The notes under the pieces are model-generated. The model saw nothing but the letters and a program-made list of their open reading frames with translations, searched no databases and was not told where the DNA came from. A program made the translations under genes and the position numbers. Shown here in pieces: positions 54,667-64,000 of a stretch of 64,000 nucleotides of DNA. The stretch spans positions 168,206,001 to 168,270,000 of the forward strand of contig NC_042998.1 of the NCBI RefSeq assembly GCF_006345805.1. The letters run 5' to 3'. Positions within the stretch are counted from its first letter, which is position 1. Every line of letters starts with the position of its first letter. The DNA is from Octopus sinensis (lineage: Eukaryota).

Positions 54667-54881
54667 TATTTATGTGTGCATGTGGACACGCTTCGACTGT
54701 GCACTTTTGTTACGTAATTTGTGAAGGTGTTGAAAGTTTATTCTCAATTTTCCAGACTGTTGTACATAAATTTTATTCATACTAATCTATGCCAAAATCT
54801 CTTAGTACCTTCCCATATCCCCCTCTCTTCTCCTCCCCCCTCTCTCTTCGACTGTTCGGGCTTATTTCTTATATATATATG

Positions 54882-54966
<85 letters not shown>

Positions 54967-55013
54967 ATATTATATATAATTATATATATAGATATATATA
55001 TATATATATATAT

Positions 55014-55047
<34 letters not shown>

Positions 55048-55325
55048 CTTCTTTTATCTTTTGTGTTTTGTTTCAGTCATCGAATAGGGACCATGCCGGG
55101 GTACGCTTGAAGAGTTTTTAGGCGAACAATTTGCACCTAATATACATAGTTCGTTCTGTCTGGAGATCATTCAATCAGTCGTTTTGTCGTGTTTGCCGAA
55201 CCGCTAAGTTATGTAGACGTAAACAAAGCAACATTGGTCAACGAACGCTTGAGAGGACAAAGCGGAACACAAAACACACATGCATACATACGTACGCATA
55301 CACACACACACACACACACACACAC

Positions 55326-55387
<62 letters not shown>

Positions 55388-55552
55388 AGGTGTAGGAGTG
55401 GCTGTGTGGTAGTTAGCGTGTTTCCCAACTACATGGTTCCGGGTTCAGCCCCACTGCGTGACACTTTCGGTAAGTGTCTTCTACTATAGCCTCGCACTGA
55501 CCAAAGCCTTGTAGGTGGATTTGGTAGAAGGAAACTGAAAGAAGCCCGTCGT

Positions 55553-55587
<35 letters not shown>

Positions 55588-55820
55588 GTATATGTATGTG
55601 TGTGTTTGTTATTTGTGCCTGTGTTTGTCCCCCTCATCATTGCTTGTCAACCGATGTTGTTATGTTTACGTCCCCATCACCTAGTGGTTCGGCAAATGTG
55701 ACCGATAGAATAAGTACTAGGCTTAGAAAGAATAAGTCCTGGGGTCGATTTGTTCGACTAAAGGTGGTGCTCCATCATGGCCGTAGTCAAATGACTGTAA
55801 CAAGTAAAAGAATAAAAGAA
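55388..55820 (+). mobile_element. SINE family 2
   Basis: Matches the 39770 copy. Confidence 0.8.
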
Positions 55821-56149
55821 TATATATATATATCCAAACATGAAAACACAAAGAGAAAACAACAACGCGAGGACGTGGAACATGTGTGCACACATTCGTA
55901 CTGCATATACATATACATATTCTTTATTTTGTATGTCTCGTTTCTCTGTTTGTATTTTTGGTTGTTTGAAAAAAAGTTCGTTTCTATGTTTTTGTTTTTA
56001 TGTTTTCGTTTCTCATTGTGTTCAACGATTTTTTTTTATGTCCTGTACCCATATATGCATGTATATATACACACATATGTAGGTATGTATATGTATATAT
56101 ATATGTATATATGCATATATTCATATATTATTTATGTTATTATGCATAC

Positions 56150-56189
<40 letters not shown>

Positions 56190-56508
56190 CAAGATTAGTT
56201 TGAAGTGAGAACTAGATTATGACAAGGATGCGAAAATTCCCACTACTCTCTTTTCCATCTTCTCAGCTTTGCACGCGTTTACAATGGGCAAACGCCCATA
56301 TGGCGTTGAGCTCTCATACCGCACAGATGGTGCGCTATTCAAACCCTGGCAGAACAAAGGCCAAAACTATATCAGTCATTGATCTCTGGTGCACAGATGA
56401 TACCGCACCCAATTAATGCAAGCGACAGTTAATTACTGACGTTTTCATTGACACACGTTAGAATCGCCTTAACACTAAACGTAAATAAAAGTACTTGCGC
56501 ACTAACTC

Positions 56509-56558
<50 letters not shown>

Positions 56559-56922
56559 ACACACACACATGCCATAAGAAGGACTCTTTACTATTTGATA
56601 GTCAGAGAGGTGCTGTTGTGACATACTACGTGTTTTATGTATTTGTAGGCCTCGTGGAGCCCATCCGTATGCAGAGTCTGACCAAAGGGGATTGCTCCAA
56701 GAAGGAAAGAATGAGACAGTCAGAATGAAAGATTTAGAAAAAGAGGATCCCATTGCAGGGCTGGTACTTTATTCCACAAACCCGCAAATGATGAAAGGCA
56801 AATTTAACATTTGTTGGATTTGAACTGAAAGCCCCGAAGCAGGATCGATACATACACACACACACAGACACACCACACAGACACACACACACTCTCATAT
56901 ATATAGAGTCACGAATCACCAC

Positions 56923-56971
<49 letters not shown>

Positions 56972-56972
<1 letters not shown>

Positions 56973-57120
56973 CAAACTTATAAACAAGGGCAAAAGAAAA
57001 TATTTTCTTTTGCCCTTGTTTAAAGTGTTTTTAAATTTAACTTTCAAGGTTATATAATATGCTGCCACTTTTTCTTGATGAAATTTTTTTCTGTAAAAAA
57101 AAAACTTCATCCTATATAGT
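56972..57120. mobile_element. short foldback element, family B
   Basis: Perfect 42-bp palindrome 56981-57022. The long arm is homologous to 24070-24190 and ends in (TAG)n. Confidence 0.75.
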
Positions 57121-57185
57121 AGTAGTAGTAGTAGTAGTAGTAGATATATATATAAATATATATATATCACCTTTTTGTTTTGGTG

Positions 57186-57396
57186 TACGGGTGCTGAAAA
57201 GTTTCTGGCTTTGGGTAAAAGAAAATACAGGAAGGTCATTTAATTATGTTTATTTGACATACTCCCCTCTCAGATCCAGACACCTAGTGCAGCGGTCCTT
57301 CAGTTTTCTAATTTATGCAAAAGAACTCAGAAGTTTGGGCTTCCAGACAGGCCTTCTGCGATATACTTAAAGCCAGGAACGTTCAAGACCCCTTGT
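57186..57396 (-). mobile_element. mariner-derived MITE
   Basis: Imperfect TIRs gggtgctgaaaagtttctggcttt / aaagccaggaacgttcaagacccc. Internal KLKDRCTRCLDLRGEYVK* matches a mariner C-terminus. Confidence 0.65.
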
Positions 57397-57514
57397 GTGT
57401 ATCTCTCTCTCTTTTTTCTCTCTCTCTATCCTCTCTCTCTCTCCTCGCCGCTCTCTCTATATATATCTGTGTGCATATGTTATATTATATATATATATAT
57501 ATATATATATGATA

Positions 57515-57577
<63 letters not shown>

Positions 57578-57582
57578 AATAT

Positions 57583-57615
<33 letters not shown>

Positions 57616-59023
57616 GCTTATATATGTATATACATACATATATACATGCGTGTGTACGCGCGAACATGTGTGTGTGTACGATTATGTAATTACTTCAGGA
57701 TGAATTCTCGTGACATTTTTCCTAAATTATCCCGTAAATTATTAAAGTTTGTTGGTTCCGTAGAATAGTTTTCCTTTCCAAATCGATTACTCCATGAACA
57801 GGAATGCTAGTCAATTTATGACTCAAAATGTACATAATATGCATTTTAGGGTGGGTTCTCACATAGTTGATTACTCTCTGTTAAATGCTTCTTAGTAACT
57901 GGATCTCCGTATTTCCTTATAAGAAGATACTTCAAGCGAACATTCATTTTAAGGTTAATTACTCTCAATAACCAAATAATGCTGATTCTTTCAATAGTTT
58001 CCTCAAATCTTCATTTTGATACATGGTGCACTCTCAGTGAAAACATGTTCGTTTTCTCTCTTTGAACTTTGCAATGCTCAAGCTAATACTGAACTATCAT
58101 TGAGTCGACTTTACCCTCTTTTGTGTGTGTGTGTGTTACAGACACTTCCTTATATTTTCGAAGAGTGATTTCTAATGCTGTGATATGACAGCCGAATGTT
58201 GTGCTTTGCTGTTCGTAATGCTATTACTATCGGAAGAGAAGTGTACTTACTTAGTAATGTATTAGTGCAAGTGAGGAATTTCAAGTCGGAAAGCAAAGCC
58301 AATAACATTTTGGAGCAAACTTATTGAGAGCTTAGCGTTTTAACTACAAAGTCAGCTCTTCTAATCCAGAGTTAAAGATATCATTAGTGTCAAAAACAAA
58401 ATAGAAATGTTTGAACGCCAGATTAAAGGGCCTTATATTATTTAGGTTCATTTCACTACGTTTTGAGCATAAATTCCTATCTGCTCATAAGTCATATATT
58501 TGACAAGGAGAATAGTAAAACTATAACAGAGCTGGATTATTCTTTATGTTACTATATTAATTTCAAATTTTGGAACAGGCAGCAATTTCGAGTGAGAGGA
58601 AATCGATTACATCGACCCCAATGGTTAACTGGTACTTATTTTATCGACCCCGATATGATGAAAGGTAAAGTCGACCCCTAAATGATGGAAGGCAAAGTCG
58701 ACTCCGGCGGAATTTGAACTCAGAACATAAAGACGGAGATAATGACGCTAAGCATTTTGGCCGGCGCAGTAACGATTCTGCCAGCTTGCCGACTTATCCT
58801 TATGTTAACATAAGGTACCACTGCTGTTGTTTCAATAAATTTTGAGAATAATAAAGAACTCCATATTTCAGTGATGATAAATTAAGTACTGGCCCGATGT
58901 TCATGTGCACATTGTAAAATGTAATATTAAAACACTATTTTGATTACCAGATCAATCAGAAATCTAGTTGAAAGAAAAATAAACGATAACAAATATTGAT
59001 TTTGTTATATAAATTAAATTTCT

Positions 59024-60732
59024 CTGGTATCAAAAGATTCCCGAACTAGTTCTGTAGCGTGCCAACAGATGGCAGCACACGGTTGCGTGCGCAGTGAGAG
59101 TTAACTGTGACCTCCATGAAACAGTATGTCGAGTGACATTATTGTGTTTAGTTTTTAAGTAGTGAAATTTGTGATTTTGTGATCACGTGTACGCTATGCT
59201 CTTTTACTCTTTTCCTCTTTTACTTGTTTCAGTCATTTGACTGCGGCCATGCTGGAGCACCGCCTTTAGTCGACCAAATCGACCCCAGAACTTATTCTTT
59301 GTAAACCTAGTACTTATTCTATTGGTTTCTTTTACCGAACCGCTAAGTTACGGGGACGTAAACACACCAGCACCGGTTGTCCAGTGATGTTGGGGGGACA
59401 AACACAGACACAAAAACATACACACACATATATGTATATATATATATACATATACATATATACGACGGGCTTTTTTCAGTTTCCGTCTACCAAATCCACT
59501 CACAAGGCTTTGGTCGGCCCGAGGCTATAGTAGAAGACACTTGCCCTAGGTGCCACGCAGTGAGACTGAACCCGGAACTATGTGGTTGGTAAGCAAGCTA
59601 CTTACCACACAGCCAGTCTACGAGTTTGTCATGGACAGGAAGGTGAACAAAGAGCCAACGTGAAATTTTGCGTTAAACTTGGGAAGTCTGCTACGAAGAC
59701 ATTGAGCATGCTTCGGCAAGTTACGATGATGCGGCAATGGGTCGTGCACAATGTTTCGAGTGGCACGAACGTTTCAAAAGCGGAAGAACATCTCTAGAAG
59801 ACGATGAGCGATCTGGAAGACCCACTACGAGCGTCACCTCTGTAGATGTGGAGAAAATTCATCAGCTTGTCGGAGGACAATCAGCCACATCAGTGACGTA
59901 TAGGTCCGTGCAGGCAATCCTGACGTCTGAGTTGAACATGCAGCGTGTCTCTGTCAAGTTTGTGCTCCGCCTGCTCGCCACTGAGAAGAAAGGAGAACTC
60001 GGCAAAGTCTATCAAGATATACGTCAGCGTTCCGTTGATGACCCAGGCTTCATATCGAGGATCAACACCGATGACGGGAATTGGGTCTACGGGTACGACC
60101 CTAATACGAACCAGCAGTCGTCACAATGGAAGAGCCCTTCATCTCCACGACCGAAGAAGGCACATACAGCTGCAGCCCAATCAAGGGCATACTCCTCGTT
60201 TTTTTTTTTCGACATCCCTGGTATTGTGCATCGAGAATTCGTTCCCCAGGGCCAGACCGTCAATCGAGAGTTCTACTACGAAGTTTTGAAGCGTTTGAAG
60301 GAGGACATTCGGCGAAAGCGACCGGATCTGTGGAGCGCGAAGAATTGGATTCTTCACGACGACAATGCTCCTTGTCATCGAGCTTTGTTCACTCGTGAGT
60401 TTCTCGTCAAAGCAATATGGTATCATATCCGCGCACCCGCCCTATTCTCCAGATTTAGCACCTGCGGAATTCCATCTCTTCCTTAACATGAAACTGCAGC
60501 TTAAAGGTCACCGTTTTAACACCAACGTTAAGATCCAGAGCGAATCGCAGAAGGTCACCGACTCGCTTATGGAAAACAACTTCCAGGCCAGATTCGACAA
60601 GTGGCAGGAACGCTCACTAGGAGCGGTACATTGCTGCGCAAGGTATCTATTTCGAAGAAGATGATGCTAAAACTAAGGCAAATAAGTTATTTTTTATCAA
60701 GCATAGCTAGTCCGAGAACGCTTTGATTCCAG
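59024..60732 (+). mobile_element. mariner transposon, near full-length, frameshifted, with SINE insertion
   Basis: EQRANVKFCVKLGKSA, SLEDDERSGRP, WILHDDNAPCH, HPPYSPDLAP. Imperfect ~28-bp TIRs. Confidence 0.9.
59200..59615 (-). mobile_element. SINE family 2 nested in mariner 5' UTR
   Basis: Reverse complement of the family 2 sequence. Confidence 0.85.
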
Positions 60733-61769
60733 TTTATGTCTCAATTCCTAATAATTCAAAAACTGCTAAGACATTCTTGAATCTATGAAACATAGAGCTT
60801 GAAATAAGTTGTTACCTATTTTCAGCATAGAGGAGTTCTGATACAATATTGTCACTAATTCAAATGCTCAGGTTTCATTCTATGATCCAAACATTTAGAT
60901 CGTGTTCTCGTATGTACAAAAATTGATTAATTACCCACTTAAAAGTCAACCTCGAGTGGCATTGCTTTTTCTCGAGCTACGGTGTTTTGCTCATCAATTG
61001 CCCATAAAATTTCCGTTCAAGGAAAATAGGCATTCAACTTTTAACTAATAGATAAATAAATAATATAGATAAAATAGATAAATAAATAATATATTAGTTT
61101 CGCCTCCCTCTACTTTGCTTCGTCATTCCTCCCTGTGGCCCATCAGGTGGAGTAAAATGGGGCTGTGAGAAATGGTTAAGGAGTCAGACAATATCGGATT
61201 TACAGTAAAAAAAGATATCCAGAATTTTTTTTTTTCTATAAGTGATACCACTGAAGACAAATTGAAATCCTTTTGAAGCTGATGTAGACAGGATAATTAT
61301 TCGAAAAAGTGATTGATGAGTACATTCCCGCTAAACTCTTTGTTGGAAGTGGCAAAGAGAAAGCTATCAAATAACCGGTTAAAACTAGATATACTTTTGT
61401 GGCGAGCTATTTATAAATCCGAATTTTCCCAAGTCTTGAAGAATTCAACGATTTTTTTGAAGCCGCAAACGGCTGTCGTAACACAGACAATGGCCCGTGA
61501 ACATAAGAAAAATAAAAAAAAATATAGAGCAGATAAAGTAAAGAGAAATAATTAAAGAGTATCCAGAAAACAGATATAAATGGTTGCAGGAATATACTTC
61601 ACAAAGAGAACCCCCAAGTTATAAAGGAGATCGATTAACCCTTTTGTTACTATATTTCTGTAATCACACCACTGTTTTTGTTTCAATTAATTTTGAAAAT
61701 AATAAAGTATTTTATAGGATAACTTTGTCGTTATCGAGTTGATGTTTGAACATAAATTTATAAGAAATT

Positions 61770-62190
61770 AAAGGCGGCGAGCTGGCAGACTCGTTAGCAC
61801 GCTGGGCGAATGCTTAGCGGAATTTCGTCCGCCGTTACGTTCTCAGTTCAAATTCCGCCGAGGTCGACTTTACCTTTCATCCTTTCGGGGTCGATAAATT
61901 AAGTGCCAGTTACGCACTGGGGTCGATGTAATCGACTTAATCCGTTTGTCTGTCCTTGTTTGTCCTCTCTATGTTTAGCCCCTTGTGGGTAGTAAAGAAA
62001 TAGGTATTTCGTCTGTCGTTACGTTTTGAGTTCAAATTCCGCTGAGGTCGACTTTGCCTTTCATCCTTTCGGGGTCGATAAATAAAGTACCAGTTTCGCA
62101 CTGAGGTCAATGTAATCGACTTAATACATTTGTCTGTCCTTGTTTGTCCCCTCTCTGTTTAGCCCCTTGTAGGCAATAAAGAAATATTTG
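61770..62190 (+). mobile_element. SINE family 1 dimer with 15-bp TSD
   Basis: TSD aatttataagaaatt at 61755-61769 and 62191-62205. Confidence 0.85.
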
Positions 62191-62604
62191 AATTTATAAG
62201 AAATTTTGATGGAAGGTTTTAGATACATGTTTATATTCATGATTGACTATTGCAGTTAGATTATACTCTAATTTGTGATTTCTCTTATTGTAAAGAAAAC
62301 TAAGATTTTAATGAATAAAAAATTTATTATTTCTCTAGCTGAGAAGGAGGGAAATTTGTTATTGTTCTCACGTATAATAAAGTCAACGACTGGAAAAAAA
62401 TGGGATGTGTGGAGCTTATTGAGAAAATTTATTTGAACTGGTACAGTTCAAAAAATATCATAGCAAGAAAGAGCCAGATGTATAATATACACAATATTAA
62501 AATGAGTGATTAAGCAATGATCAGCATAAGGTCCAGAAGGGAAAATTGAATGCGGAATAACCGAATCGATTAAGTAGTGAATTTAAGGATGCATAGGTAA
62601 TAGT

Positions 62605-62841
62605 GTTTCAGCCACCGAACAGTAGCGATGCTGGGGCACAGTCTTGAAGAGTTTTTCGTCGTACAGATCGATCCCAGTACTTATTTTAAGCCTGATGAGT
62701 TTTCTTCTTTTGCCGAACCGCTAGCTTCGGGGACGTAAACAAACGAATACCGGCTGCCAAGCAGTAGAGAAACAAGGGGAAAACACACGTATTGATACAC
62801 ACACACACACACACACACCCACACTCACACACTCACAGAAT

Positions 62842-62889
<48 letters not shown>

Positions 62890-63058
62890 GTATATGTATA
62901 AACAACAAGCTTCCACACAGTTTCCGTCAACCAGATTCACCCACAAAGCGTTGGTTGAGTCTATAGTAGATTTGCTTAAGATGAGACTGAACCCAAAACG
63001 ATGTGGTTATAGGTGTGAGGTGAACAATTGCATCTTAACCACACAGCTATGCCTGCAC
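62605..63058 (-). mobile_element. SINE family 2, degenerate
   Basis: Family motifs ttgccgaaccgct, tttccgtc, taaccacacagc. Confidence 0.65.
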
Positions 63059-63267
63059 TTATGGTGCTGGAAGAAATAGAATGACTGGATAATCCTTGAT
63101 GCACACGACCCCTTTTGAAAAGTGCCAAATAAAGTTGATTCTATCTAATTTTACCTCTCCATGAACCTTAGCTTAAGCATTCACTCTTCTTGGAATCCAA
63201 GTATTATGCTTTTGTATTCTTTGAATTCTAATTACATTATAATAAATATGAGCAACTATTGAAAGTC

Positions 63268-63540
63268 CCGAGTATGACTATAAACTACATCCAGTAGTGG
63301 GACCTGGGGCCCTGGTTTCAGGGTTTGTGGAGTGTGGAACCATCTCTTAGCCACATTTGTACCCAGGTCTACTCTGGCCTGGAGTTGTAGCACCTGTAAC
63401 GGTCCCAGCTGTAGGTTAACTAGCAAACACCACAGCGACTGGAGGTGGGGTCGGTAGAATGCAGTCGCAGTATTCCCTACGTGGCGTAAGAGGCAACTAA
63501 AATGGATGGAAGCGAAGGGATTGGGAATCCACTCCTCCTA
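63268..63540 (+). mobile_element. degenerate GC-richer SINE-like repeat (possibly Ceph-domain type)
   Basis: cccaggtctactctggcctggagttgtagcacctgt and cgtaagaggcaactaaa resemble mollusc SINE central domains. Recalled from memory, not verified. Confidence 0.35.
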
Positions 63541-64000
63541 GTAATTTCATATTCCTAAAAAGACAAGAAAACGATAAAAAAAGATACTATATATTTGTGA
63601 GGCTCAAAGAATCATTATACAACCAACTTTAAAACTTTATGTACATCGCATAAAGCAGTTTACATAAGAAGTGAATGGGACAATTGTTATTTGAAAAAGG
63701 TATTGCTTTATTTTATCTGGTTATTTCATTCGATGTGTATTCTGTTTAAAATTTCTGACTATAGGTAATGGAAAATTGAGGAAATACAGTATATAAGCGA
63801 CTTTATTTGGCGCTCTCATTGAGACTGAGAGCGTTTACCATGAAAACGGAAGCTCACGCGAGGTATCTTCTAATGAGGAAATAAAGAGGCATAGTTATTA
63901 AATGGGACTTAACGGAGCTTCCAGTCAAGTGATTTAGATTCTGAATCAGCTCGATATTTAGCTTTATCACTGAAGCGTGGAATTATTTATTGTTGATGTT

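Noticed and set aside
1242-63079. Numerous ORFs rich in YI/HT/CV/MYVC repeats
   Set aside because: They are translations of (TA)n, (CA)n and (TACA)n microsatellites, not genes.

Overview
AT-rich, microsatellite-dense animal genomic DNA. The tRNA-derived SINE families and the (TA)n/(CA)n/(TACA)n load point to an octopus/coleoid genome (inference). No intact host gene is visible, and most ORFs in the track are microsatellite translations. The window is mostly decayed transposons: R4/Dong-type and RTE non-LTR fragments, several Penelope-like element (PLE) fragments, mariner/Tc1, hAT and a Sola3-like transposase remnant, two Helitron copies, a Helentron-type element, and many SINE copies, some in head-to-tail multimers. 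The most notable signal is about 10 minimal type I hammerhead-ribozyme (HHR) motifs. Some lie in PLE 3' ends. Others lie in short non-coding elements within or beside microsatellites, often built as head-to-head foldbacks with both 3' tails pointing outward. Together these suggest a non-autonomous, PLE-mobilised retrozyme-like system. All calls were made by eye and boundaries are approximate.
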